From the NCBI GenBank assembly GCA_963717505.1, contig OY970342.1:2144001-2208000 (forward strand): 64,000 bases of DNA, in the 5' to 3' direction. Under the pieces are notes generated by a model. That model was not told where the DNA came from. It did no database searches and saw only the letters and a list, made by a program, of their open reading frames with translations. Shown here in pieces: positions 31,787-42,657 of this stretch (positions within the stretch are counted from its first letter, which is position 1; every line of letters starts with the position of its first letter). The stretch is from Candidatus Eiseniibacteriota bacterium. GTDB lineage: Bacteria > Eisenbacteria > RBG-16-71-46. Position numbers and translations under genes: made by a program.

Positions 31787-33506
31787 TCACGGCATCATGG
31801 CGGACCGCGATGGCCACGAAGCCCTGCGGGTCGCCCGGCAGTCGGTAGCCCAGCAACGTGTATGGCTCGAGCACACCAGCCTGCCCACTCGGGCTTGAAG
31901 TCGAGACCGAGCCGCAAGGCCCTCGAGGGTCGGCGCACTTCGGGATGGCCAAGTAAGAATTGTGGTGGCCGCTCGAGGAGCGCTGCGCCCGACAAGTAGT
32001 ACGCGTGCCCGGGTCGTGTCGTCGCGCGACGCCGGTAGCGCGACAAGTCCGGCGCAGTCGAGTCCGTAGGAATCTATCCGTATAAAGCTGGTCATGTAGG
32101 GAATGACTTCGGCGGCGGTGATCGCGAGCGTGTCGCTCGGCAGCGAGAGCTTTCGAACGCGCCGCCGACACGCGCCCAGTCGGCCGCGTTCTGGCGGGTA
32201 AGTCCAATTGATTCTATGTCAGCCATGTGTCCACGGTGCTTGCTCGCGGCGCGATGAACTTAGGTTGAGGACAGCGAAGGCCCCCACCAGGAGGCCGCCC
32301 AGCAAGACATAGGAGGCGTTCTTGAGTCTTAGTCTGCGGGCCAGCGCGTCGATCGCAGCACCTGCAGCGAGCGCAATCAAAGGCAGCATAGGAGTCACAA
32401 ATCTAAATAGCGGCATGAAGTCGCCGCCGGTCGTCATGACGTAAGCAAAGTAAGGAAAGACAATGGCGCCGAGCAGCGCCCACGCCTCGCGCTCGGTGTT
32501 GGTCCGCGGCGTCGACGGGCCGCTACGCGCGGTTATCAGAGCGAGCACTGGAATTGCCAGCATGTACAGGTGCAATCGAAAGACTGACTCGGCAACGTAC
32601 GCGGCGCCACTTGCGATCGCCACGAATCCAGGGGTCTTGATGGCGAACGTGTTCGGCAGCGCCTGTCCGTAGTACCAGAGCCGCCACACAGCATGGCCTG
32701 CCGCGAACACGGCCCACGACAGTGGCGCCGGTCAACACCCCACGCCGCGTGAGTCCGAGCTGGGCGCCGCGGAGTCCCAAGTAAGTGAGAACTAGGAAGC
32801 TTATTAATAAGCCTTCGGGTCGCGTCAGACTTGCGAGGCCCAAAGCGAAACCCGACAAAAATTACTCGGCCCGGTACCGGCACCGCGAGATACGCCAGTG
32901 TCACGAGCATCGTGAACAAAGCAGTCTCGAGGCCGCTCGTGGCCCACGCGGCGAACGCTGCGCTCCCGGCCAGCAGGAAGCCCGCCCACGGCAGGGCTGT
33001 CGCTCAGCGGCCGGTCCGTCGGCTCTTCAAGGGCGCTGGCGCGTCGGTCAGGCTGGGGAGCCCCGAGAACATCACGGCGGCTACGGTGGCCAAGGACAGG
33101 CCGCACTGATCACCGGCATCACGTTCTCGGGCGCGCCACCGACCTTCAGGACCAAGCAGACAGCACCATCCAGAGAAAAATTGGTGTTGCCCTCGAGTTT
33201 TTCTCCGGGATTGAAGATTGGCCGGTAGTCCAGCAGCCAGGTTCGCGTCGTAGCGAAATGAAATAAAAGATCGTCGCAGACCAACCGGAGATAGCGGAGT
33301 GGGCGAGGCTCAGGATCAGCGCGATCGCGACCCATACCGGCTTCCACGGCCGCGGTGGTGACGCAGCGCCGCAGGGCTCGGGCTCGATGATGGGGTCCAC
33401 CGGGCGGTGTCCCGGGCGAGGGCGATCCAGGCGACATCGCGACCGGGCGGTGCCCGGGCGAGGGCGATCCAGGCGACATCGCGGCATCCGAGGCGTGGGC
33501 CACCAC
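31787..33506 (-). pseudogene. Heavily frameshifted GT-C membrane glycosyltransferase (arabinofuranosyltransferase-like)
   Basis: Fragments CDD, FNPGEKLEGNTNFLW, WATSGLET.LF, LTRPEG, YYGQALPNTF and GGDFMPLFRF in different frames. Ends approximate. Could be sequencing error rather than true decay. Confidence 0.65.
33400..33483. repeat. 2 x about 42-bp direct repeat
   Basis: CCGGGCGGTG(T)CCCGGGCGAGGGCGATCCAGGCGACATCGCG occurs twice in tandem at the GT-C 5' end. Confidence 0.85.
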
Positions 33507-33779
33507 CGGCGATACCGCGATCGTGGTCGGTACGGGCTCATCGGTCCAATCTGCCCTAGGCCCGCTCCCTTGAGCCAGTCGCCCGGATTTCGGTCCGGGC
33601 GTAGGGCCATCTGCTGACTGTCTGACATTGCGGCAGGGGATAGTGACAAAAGGGCGCGGGGGCCACTCGTACAGGCCCCACGCGACGCGCCGCCACTGCC
33701 TGTTGCGCCTCCTGCCGAAGGACTGAGACTTGCAGGGAGTGCATGGGGGCTGCTTTTTACCTACGCGGAGGCCCGCGCG

Positions 33780-34284
33780 ATGAAGTGGTGATCAACCTCG
33801 CCGTCCTGGTGGCAGCCCTTGCCGGGGCCGCGTTCTACTTTCAGTCCCTGCCGGCGCAGGAGAAGGTCGAGCAGCCGATCGCTTTCAACCAGAAGCCCAC
33901 GTCAAGGGCGAAGAGATGGACTGCACGGATTTCCACGACGCCGACGAATCGTCCGCGCCGGGTTCGCCGATTCGCAGCTGCTACGAGTGCACAAAGAAGT
34001 CCAAGGCGATGAGGACACGCGCTCCAGCAGTCGGTGCGTGAGTAGGGCAGGCCCGGTCGCCAGATCCCATGGGTTCAGGTGACCCACAATCGCGGCCACG
34101 TGTACTTCTCGCATCGCGCGCACGTCACCTTCGGCGGCATGAAGTGCGAGGACTGCCATGGCGACATGGGCGCCCGCACGACGCCGCCGACCCGCCCGAC
34201 CGCCGTCTGAAATCGATGGACCGTTGCATCTCGTGCCACCGCGAGCGCAACGCGTCGCTCGAGTGCACCAGCTGTCATGGCTGA
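33780..34284 (+). CDS. Membrane-anchored multiheme (about 5 heme) cytochrome c, QrcA/ActA-like (frameshifted)
   Basis: GGAGG RBS, TM anchor, QPIAFN, HVYFSHRAHV, clear CEDCH, CISCH and CTSCH motifs plus two garbled CxxCH motifs. Confidence 0.8.
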
Positions 34285-36719
34285 CCCAAGAGCTTTCATG
34301 AATTCCGGCGCTCTGGATCGGCGCGGCTTTCTCAAGGCATTGGGCGTGGGCGTGCTTGCCGGGGCCGCAAGCTCGTGCCGACCGGGCGAAGACCCCTACG
34401 CGCTCGAAAAGCCGCCCGTGCCGGGCGCCGACAAGTGGCTCCCGCACGAAGAGCGCTGGATCACCACGGCCTGTGCCCAGTGTGCCGCCGGATGCGGCGT
34501 ACGGGCGCGCGTGGTCGGCGGCCGCGCGGTCAAGCTGGATGGCCAGCCGAGCAATCCGATCAACCAGGGTGGAATCGGTCCGCGCGGGCTCTCGGGCCTC
34601 CAGGTGCTCTACGACCCGGATCGCATCACCGGCCCGATGCGCCGCAAAGGCGCGCGTGGCTCGACGGAATTTGAACCTATTACTTGGGACGCGGCACTCG
34701 ACGAGGTCGCGACGCGGCTGCGCGCGTTGCGTGACGCGGGCAATCCACATCAGCTCGGAGTGCTGTCGGGGCGCGACCGCGGCCGGACGCTCGATCTGCT
34801 GCGCCAGTTCTGCAAGGCCTACGGCACGCCCAACCTGAGCGAGGGGCTGTCGCGCCGGCTGGGCGCCGTCGCCCAGGCCGCGCTGCTCACCCAGGGCATT
34901 CACGAGATCCCCGCCTACGACTGGACCTCGACCCGTTACGTGCTGAGCGTCGGCGCCGGCGTGCTCGAGTCGTCGTGCCAGGCCATCTACTTCACCCGCG
35001 GTGCTGCGTTCATGCGGCAGGGCCGCGGCGGGGCACGCGCCAAGATCGTCCAGGTCGAGCCCGTCCGCTCGCGCACCGGGGCCCAGGCCGACGAATGGAT
35101 CGGCATCGCGCCGGGAACGTACGCCGCGTTCGTGCTCGGCATCGCACACATCCTGGTGCGCGACGACCTGTACGACGCGGCGTTCGTGCGCGACCACACG
35201 TTCGGGTTCGACGCCTGGAACACTCCCGACGGCCGCTCGATTCCAGGCTTTGCCGACATGCTCATGGCCGACTACGGCCCCGAGCAGGTCGCGGCCACCT
35301 GCGGCGTGCCGGCCGAGACCCTCGAGCGCATCGCGAGCGAGATCGGCCAAGAGCGCCCGGCGTTCGCGGTGGTCGACGAACGCGCCACGCTCGCGAGCAA
35401 CGGACTGCAGGTGGCGGTCTCGCGGTGGCGGCACTCAACGCGCTCCTCGGAGCCATCGATCGTCCGGGTGGCGTGCTGACCCAGCGGCCCGCACCCGTGG
35501 AGCCCTTGCCGCCGCCCGAGCTGGACGCCACGGCCCGCGGCGGACTCGCGCGCCCGAGGCTCGACGGCGCCGGAAGCGCGCGATTCCCGCTGGCGCCGAC
35601 CGTGACCGAGGCGCTCCCCGAAGCGCTGCTCGAAGGCGCGCCCTACGGACTGGAGATGCTGTTACTTCACTACTCGAATCCGTTGTACGCAGGCATGAAC
35701 ACCGTGCGCTGGGCCGGCGCCCTCGCCAAGGTTCCCTACGTCGTTTCGTTCACGCCGTTCATGGACGAGACGAGTGTTCAAATCGCCGACCTGATACTTC
35801 CAGACCACACCTATCTCGAGCGCTGGGAGGACGCGGCCTCGGCGCCGAGCGTCGGCTATCCGGTGTACGGCGTGCGGCAGCCGGTGGTCGAGCCGCTGTA
35901 CGACACGCGCTCGAGCGGCGACGTCGTGCTCCAGATCGCGGCCAGGATCGGCGGCCCGGTGGCGGCCGCTCTGCCCTGGGAGAAGTTCGAGGCGGTCCTC
36001 GACCGGGACATCGAAGCCCTGATGGCGACCGGCCGCGGCACGATCGACGAGGACGAATTCAAACCCTACAAGCGCAAGCTGGCTCAGGAAGGATTCTGGG
36101 CCGAGCCCGGCTACACCTACGAACGCTGGGCAGAAGTCCTGCGCACACCGTCCGGCAAGTTCGAGTTCTTCTCGCAGGCGCTGTGGCGCAAGTTGTCCGA
36201 GATCGCGGCCGCCGAGGGGCGAAGCGTCGAGGACGTGCTGGAGGTTGCGGGTCACGAGGGGCCCGCCCACCTGGCGTGCATGGCGCACCACGTGGCTCTG
36301 CGCTGGATCGGAGACCCCGCGCAGTTCCCGCTGGCCCTCGAGCCGTACGAGCCCGGCACCTACGCCGAAGGCAGCGGGGCCAACCTGCCCCTGCTCCAGG
36401 AACTGACGACGGTGCGCGGCCAGAAGCCGTGGACGACGCTGGTCGAGATCGGGGAAGAGACGGCACACGCCCACCACATCGACTCGGGAGACCTGGTCGA
36501 GATCCGGAGCCTGGTCGGTTCCGCGCGCGTGCGGGTGCGCGTCAAGAAGGGCCAACGCCCGGACGTGATTCGCGTCGCGCGCGGTGGCGGACATTCGGCA
36601 TTCGGTCGCTGGGCGGCGGGTGGGGCATCAACGTGATGTCCTTGCTGGCCCCCACCACCGCAACGCTCGCGGGCGTGCCGGCGCTGACCGCCACGCGCGT
36701 TTCGGTCGAGAAGGTCTAG
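34277..36719 (+). CDS. Tat-exported molybdopterin-oxidoreductase-family subunit, QrcB/ActB1-like (frameshifts near 35420 and 36620)
   Basis: DRRGFLK Tat motif plus lipobox AASSC, CAQCAAGC, YDPDRI..P, ADLILPDHTYLE, RTPSGKFEF and C-terminal domain IV. Confidence 0.88.
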
Positions 36720-36721
36720 CG

Positions 36722-37646
36722 ATGAGCGCGATCGACGTGCATCAGATCGCCGAGCCGAGCACGCCGCGGGTCGATGGCCACGACTCGGGCCGCCGGGGGT
36801 TCATGGCGCTGCTTGCCGGTGCGGTGTCGGCGCTCGCGGCACCCATGCTCTTGCCTCGCCTATTGCGCGCGCAGGATGAGAGCGCCGTGCCCGACACCAC
36901 CGAGGCCGAGGAAGCTCCCAAGTACCCCAAGGGACCCCAGCGCCGCTGGGGCATGGCGATCGATCTCGACACCTGCACCGCCTGCGGCGCCTGCGTGATC
37001 GCGTGTCGCACCGAGAACAACGTGCCGTGCTCCGGCCCCGACCACGAGCGCGCCGGCACCGGCGGCTACTGGATGAACATCCTCCCGGCCGACGAAGACG
37101 CCGAGATGGGCGAGCGCGCCGCCGAGACGCTCCCGGTTCCGTGCATGCAGTGCGACGACCCGCCCTGCGTGAAGGTGTGCCCGGTCGGGGCCACATACGC
37201 CACCGACGATGGCATCGTCGCGCAGATCTACGACCGCTGCATCGGCTGTCGCTACTGTCAGGTCGCCTGCCCGTACTCGGTGCGTCAGTTCAACTGGGGT
37301 GAGCCGCAGTGGCCCGCGAGCTACCGCAACTACATCAACCCGGACGTGCCGACTCGGCCGCACGGGATCATGGAAAAGTGCACGTTCTGCCACCACCGGA
37401 TCCGCCGGCGCGAGGAGGAAGCGCGCCTCGCCGGCGAGCCGCTGGGTGACGGAGTCGCTGCAGCGGCTGACCGCGTGCGCCGAGGCGTGCCCGGCCCAGG
37501 CCATCACCTTCGGCGACCTGAACGACCCGGAGAGCAAGGTGTCGCGGCTGCATCGCAGCCCGCGCGCCTTCCGGCTGCTCGAGCACCTGGGGACCAAGCC
37601 CAAGGTCGTCTATCTGGCGCGCGATCGCCGGGAGGGCTCGGCATGA
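36722..37646 (+). CDS. 4Fe-4S dicluster (four-cluster) subunit, QrcC/NrfC-like (frameshift near 37450)
   Basis: [48 protein letters not shown]...ACAEACP and LGTKPKVVY. Confidence 0.92.
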
Positions 37647-39221
37647 CCACCATGTCGAGCCGCCTCGGCCGCGCCGGAACCGTGTGGCTCACTCTCGTCG
37701 TGTTGTCTCTCACGCTGCTCGGCGTGGGGATCTCGGGCTATCTCGTCCAGCACCACCACGGCGAGATTGCCACCGGCCTGCGCACCATCGGACAGGGTGG
37801 GGTGGCCTGGGGGCTGTATATTATTTTTGTAATTTATTTCATAGGCATCAGCTTCGCCGGGATCTCGACCGCCGTGCTCGTGCGTCTGTTCAATCTCGAG
37901 GAGCTGCGCCCGCTCACGCGCATCGCCGAGCTGCTGACGCTGGTCACGCTGCCCATGGGCGCGCTGTGCGTCCTGGCCGACCTCGGCCGACCGCTCCACG
38001 GCATGATGCTGCTCCCGCGCTACGCGCGCCCGTTCTCGCCCTTCTTCGGCACGTTCACGCTGGTCGTGTCGGGCTACCTGTTCGCGAGCCTCGTCTACTT
38101 CTATCTGGCCGGGCGGGCCGACGCCGCCCACTGCGCCGAGCACGGCCCGCGGTGGCTCAGGCCGTTCTACGTGCTGTGGGCCTCGGGCTGGCGCAACACG
38201 CCGGCCGAGCGGCAGCGCCACCACAAAGTCGAGTTCTGGCTGGGACTGTTCGTGCTGCCGCTGCTCGTGATCGCGCACTCGACGCTCGGCTTCGTGTTCG
38301 GCATTCAGGGCGGCCGGCCCGGCTGGTACGGATCGCTCCAGGCGCCGGCCTTCGTGGTCCTCGCCGGTGCTTCGGGCATTGGCATGCTGGTCGCGGTCGC
38401 CGCCGCCGTGCGCCGCGCCTTTGGGCTCTACAAGGAGATCCCCGACAAGGCCTTCGGCGTGCTCGGCAACTTCGTGTGGGTGCTGTCGCTCGTCTATCTC
38501 TACTTCATGATCGTCGAAGAGCTGACCGCCAACTACGCCGCAGGTCACGCCGAAAGCCATACCGCCCACGCCATCGTCGCCGGCCGCTACGCGCCCCTGT
38601 TCTGGACCGCCATCGCCGGGCTCGCGATTCCGGTGGCGATCGGATTCCTGCAGTTCGCGACGCGGCGCGTTCACGTGGGCTGGCTGGTGGTCGCCGGACT
38701 GCTGGTCAACGTGTCGGCCGTGCTCAAGCGGTTCCTGCTGGTGGTGCCGTCGCAGACCGAGGGCATGCTGCTCTCGTATTCCCGCGGCACCTACATCCCG
38801 ACCTCGGTCGAGCTGAGAGTGGTGCTCGGTCTGTTCGCGTTGGCCGTCGCTCATGTATCTGGTCTTCGTAAAAGTCTTTCCGATCATGCCGCTCCCGGAA
38901 GCCGAAGGCCCTGATGAGCCGCTGCCGGCCCCGGCGGGTGGCCGAGACCTGCGCTCGGTGTTGTTCGCCCTGACGTTGGGCCTCGGCCTCACCATGGTCG
39001 TGGCCGGCTTCCTGCTGTGTCTCAGGTTTGGCACGCTGCCGTTCCTCGACCCCATCGTTCCGTTCAGCCCGGTCGTGTTCATCATCGGCGTCATGCTGAC
39101 CTTCTACTCGGCGGCGGTCTACGAGACCGTGCCGGACCGGCACTCGGTCGTACCGCCGCCCTATCGATTCACCGAAATCCACCCTTACCGCCCATCGGAA
39201 AGGAGAAACCCAACACCATGA
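37643..39221 (+). CDS. NrfD/PsrC family membrane subunit with extra C-terminal TM pair (frameshift near 38850)
   Basis: [31 protein letters not shown] and KRFLLVVP. Confidence 0.9.
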
Positions 39222-39646
39222 GTTCCAGCGCGCGCATCTCTGCCCTGTTCGGCAGCGTGTTGGTCGCCGTCGCCTTGATGGCCGTCGGCGCCCACACCGA
39301 AGAAGCCAAGAAGGAGGCCAAGCAGGAGATTCCTGCCGGCCAGCAGGTGTTCCTCAAGTACAAGTGCAACTCGTGCCACACACTCGAGGCGGCCAAGATC
39401 GCGAAGGTCGAAGTCGAGGAGGAGGAAGGCGAAGAAGCCCCCAAGAAGGACCAGAAGCCCCCCGATCTGTCGGGCACCGGCAAGAAGCACACGGCCGCAT
39501 GGATCGAGAAGTGGCTGACGAAGAAGGAGATGATCGAAGGCGAGCGGCACCCCAAGAAGTTCCGGGGCACGCCGGAAGAGCTGAAGACCGTCTCGGCCTG
39601 GCTCGAGACCTTCAAGGTGGAAGCCAAGAAGGCGAAGAAGAGCTAG
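39218..39646 (+). CDS. Monoheme cytochrome c
   Basis: AGGAG RBS, signal peptide, GQQVFLKYKCNSCH and PPDLSG. Confidence 0.9.
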   Translation: MSSSARISALFGSVLVAVALMAVGAHTEEAKKEAKQEIPAGQQVFLKYKCNSCHTLEAAKIAKVEVEEEEGEEAPKKDQKPPDLSGTGKKHTAAWIEKWLTKKEMIEGERHPKKFRGTPEELKTVSAWLETFKVEAKKAKKS

Positions 39647-39786
39647 GTGACGAAGCCGTCAGGGCGCGGGTGGCTCGTGGCAACGGGTCACCCGCGTCTT
39701 TGCTGGAGGTGCCAGTTCGCTCGAGGCCAACGCCGAGGTGCACGAACGGCGCGACCAGCCTACTCGTTAGACTGCTGGAGGTCTTC

Positions 39787-40116
39787 ATGGCCTTTGACGA
39801 AAAGCTCGCCGAGCGTATCCGCCGGGCGCTGGCCAGCCAACGCGGGCTTGCTGAGAAGCGAATGTTCGGCGGTTTGGCCTTCATGCTGCGCGGCAACATG
39901 TGCTGCGGCGTACTGGGAGACGATCTGGTGGTGCGCGTGGGGCCGATTGCCCATGAGGCCGAGCTGAAGCGTCCGCACGCGCGGGTAATGGATTTCACCC
40001 ACCGACCCATGAAGGGCTATCTGTACATTGCCCCAAAGGGCGTTGCCACTGCGGCATCGCTACGGTCCCGCTTGAAGCCCGCACTTGCCTTCGTCGCCAC
40101 GTTGCCGCAAAAGTAG
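39787..40116 (+). CDS. TfoX/Sxy N-terminal domain family protein
   Basis: MAFDEKLAERIR...EKRMFGGLAFMLRGNMCCGV...MDFTHRPMKG. Confidence 0.88.
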   Translation: MAFDEKLAERIRRALASQRGLAEKRMFGGLAFMLRGNMCCGVLGDDLVVRVGPIAHEAELKRPHARVMDFTHRPMKGYLYIAPKGVATAASLRSRLKPALAFVATLPQK

Positions 40117-40144
40117 GTCTTGGATTTCAATCACGGAGGACAAC

Positions 40145-40378
40145 ATGAAGATGATGACCTGCAAACAACTCGGCGGGGCTTGTGACAAAGCATTTCATGC
40201 CAACTCGTTTGAAGAGATTTCTGGAATGAGCAAACAACACGCCATGGAAATGCTTCAGAAAAAGGATGCTGCGCATCTTCGGGCAATGAATGAAATGCAA
40301 GAGCTGATGAAGAAACCAGAAGCGATGAAACAATGGTTTGAGAACAAGAAGAAGGAGTTTGAGGCGTTACCCGGGTAA
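40145..40378 (+). CDS. DUF1059 family small protein
   Basis: GGAGG RBS, MTCKQLGGACD..F.ANSFEEI...S..H. Markedly lower GC than its neighbours. Confidence 0.85.
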   Translation: MKMMTCKQLGGACDKAFHANSFEEISGMSKQHAMEMLQKKDAAHLRAMNEMQELMKKPEAMKQWFENKKKEFEALPG

Positions 40379-40867
40379 CAATGATTTCGCGGCGCATGGC
40401 CACGTCGGGCTTCAGCCCGAGGTAGATCCGGAAGAGTTCCAGACCTTCGAGGCGCCCGTCCGCCATGATCCGCTTGGTGAGGTCTAGGACGTCCTCAGCG
40501 GTCGGGAATCGACCAAGCAACCCCCTGAGCTTCACCTTCACGAATCCGCTCATCGAGCAACAGTGCCACCCGGGCTGACATCGGCGTCTCTTTCCCAGGG
40601 GCAAAAGGCGGCCTCCCAGTCACGCGAGGCTTTCGCCTACTTGGATAGGAGCGTAACTAGGAGGCCTTGTAATGCCCGACTAGTATCGGCGCCGGCCAGG
40701 GGGCAGTCAAGCCCCGGCGCCGTCCCGGGCGGCCTGGCGCCGGCCCCGGAAGCGCCAGAAAACAAAGCGCTTGCCGCGCGCGGGCCCCCCGTGATAACTC
40801 TCCCGGCTGGAACACGGACGTGCCACAGAGTTCCGGGGGATGGTTTGTGCATCTCCGCGGGGGATCC

Positions 40868-41368
40868 ATGCCACAGTGGACTCTGTTCGAAAATGACTTT
40901 CGAACGATCGACCAGGTGCTCAACGAACTCCTCGAGCGCACCAACGCGCTCTCGGTGCACCTCGTGGATCGCTCCGGCCAGCTGATCACCTCGGCCGGAC
41001 GCACCGGCGATTTCGACGCGACTTCGTTTGCCAGCCTGATTGCCGCCGACTTCACCGCCAACGCCGAGATTGCCCAGCTCTTGGGCGAAGAAGGCGTGAA
41101 TGCCGTGGTGAGCGAGGGGGCCAAGCGCTCGGTGTACTCGGTGATGCTCGCCGGACGCGTGATTCTCGGCACCGTCTACGACCGGCGCAGCACGCTCGGC
41201 CTGGTGCGGTTTCGCGCCAATCGGGCGATCGGGGCACTCGAGCCCGTGTTCGAGGCCCTGTTCGTGAAGGCGGGCATCGGCCAGCCGGCGCTGCAGTCGC
41301 CGGAGTTCGCGCCCGAGGAATTCGCGGACGCTGCGTCCAACCAGGTAGACGCGCTGTTCGGCGACTGA
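40868..41368 (+). CDS. mglB: Roadblock/LC7 protein, MglB-like GAP
   Basis: LVDRSGQLI..AG...D.TSFASL.AADFTA...IAQLLGE and STLGLVR, directly upstream of mglA. Confidence 0.85.
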   Translation: MPQWTLFENDFRTIDQVLNELLERTNALSVHLVDRSGQLITSAGRTGDFDATSFASLIAADFTANAEIAQLLGEEGVNAVVSEGAKRSVYSVMLAGRVILGTVYDRRSTLGLVRFRANRAIGALEPVFEALFVKAGIGQPALQSPEFAPEEFADAASNQVDALFGD

Positions 41369-41391
41369 CGCGCCGGGCTCGGGGGGCGATT

Positions 41392-42081
41392 GTGGCACTG
41401 ATCAACCACCGGGCACGCGAGATCCATTTCAAGATCGTCTACTACGGCCCGAGCCTGGGCGGTAAGACGACGAACTTGAAAGTCTTGCATGAGCGCCTCC
41501 CGGCCGACCGCCGCGGCCGGTTGATGTCGATTGCCACCGACAACGAGCGAACTTTGTTCTTTGATTTCCTGCCGTTCTCGCTCGGGCTGATCCATGGCTA
41601 CACGACGCGCATTCACTTGTACACGACGCCCGGGCAGAGCTACTACCGGCTGTCGCGGCGGGCGGTCTTGCAGGGTGTCGATGGTTTGGTGTTCGTCGCC
41701 GACTCGCACCCCGCGCGGGAGTCGGCGAACGTCGAGTCGCTGCGGGATCTCGAGGAGCACCTGAAGGCCATTGGCGTGCATGGGGCCGAGCGCGCGCGGC
41801 TGGCGTGGGTGGTGCAGTACAACAAGCGGGACTTGGCGTCGGCGGTGGGTTTGGAGCGCATGCGGCGCGTGCTGGGCGTTGGGGGCGCTGTGGAGTTCGA
41901 AGCTGCGGCGGTTCAGGGCCGTGGCGTGGCCGAGACGCTGCGCGCGGTGTGCAAGGGCGTGATTGCGGCGGCGACCGGAGTCGGCGGCGTGGCGGGTTCG
42001 CTGGGGGCTGCGCCGGCGGCGAGCGGGCCCGTGGCGCCGCACGGGGTCGCGGTGGCGCCCGGCCGGACTGGTCGTGCGTGA
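41392..42081 (+). CDS. mglA: MglA-family small GTPase
   Basis: KIVYYGPSLGGKTTNL, RTLFFDFLP, YTTPGQ, GVDGLVFVADS and NKRD. Confidence 0.9.
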   Translation: MALINHRAREIHFKIVYYGPSLGGKTTNLKVLHERLPADRRGRLMSIATDNERTLFFDFLPFSLGLIHGYTTRIHLYTTPGQSYYRLSRRAVLQGVDGLVFVADSHPARESANVESLRDLEEHLKAIGVHGAERARLAWVVQYNKRDLASAVGLERMRRVLGVGGAVEFEAAAVQGRGVAETLRAVCKGVIAAATGVGGVAGSLGAAPAASGPVAPHGVAVAPGRTGRA

Positions 42082-42537
42082 AGCAGCTCTATCGGTGGAT
42101 CGCGACCCTCGGGCCGATCGGGTACGTGCCCATTGCGCCGGCGACCGCGGCGAGTGCCGTGGTGGTGGCTGGTCGCGTGGTTCCTGCCCGTGCCGCCGCT
42201 GTGGGTGGCGCTGGTGTGCTTGTTCGTGGGCATCGGGCTGGCCGGCTGGATTGCCGGCGAGGCCGAGAAGGAGCTGGGCCACGACGCGCACCCGATCGTG
42301 ATCGACGAGGTGGTGGGGCAGAGCGTGGCGCTGCTCTTTGCGCCGCATGACATGGGGGTGTTCGCCGCGGCGCTGGTGCTGTTCAGGATCTTCGACGTGT
42401 GGAAGCCGCTGGGGGCGAACGAGGCGCAGAAGTTGCCGGGGGGGTGGGGGGTTGTGGCGGATGACGTGATTGCCGGGTTGGCGTCGTGTTTGGTGTTGCA
42501 GGTGGGGTTGTGGGCGGTGTCGATGTGGACGGTGTGA
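42078..42537 (+). CDS. pgpA: Phosphatidylglycerophosphatase A (frameshift near 42165)
   Basis: GYVPIAPAT, HD..PIVIDEVVG, FRIFDVWKP and GGWGVVADDVIAG. Confidence 0.9.
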
Positions 42538-42657
42538 AAGACATGATCCGAATCAACCCACTCGCTCTGCGTCAATGGCTCCGAAAATGATGCTCAGGCA
42601 ACTTCTCTTAGCTGTCTCCAATAAGATACCTGGGTGTAAATCGATCACACTGCACGC

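Noticed and set aside
40379-40604. Short minus-strand ORF (MSGFVKVKLRGLLGRFP...)
   Set aside because: No recognisable motif, and it runs antisense into the DUF1059 gene without its own stop. It may be a remnant but cannot be supported.
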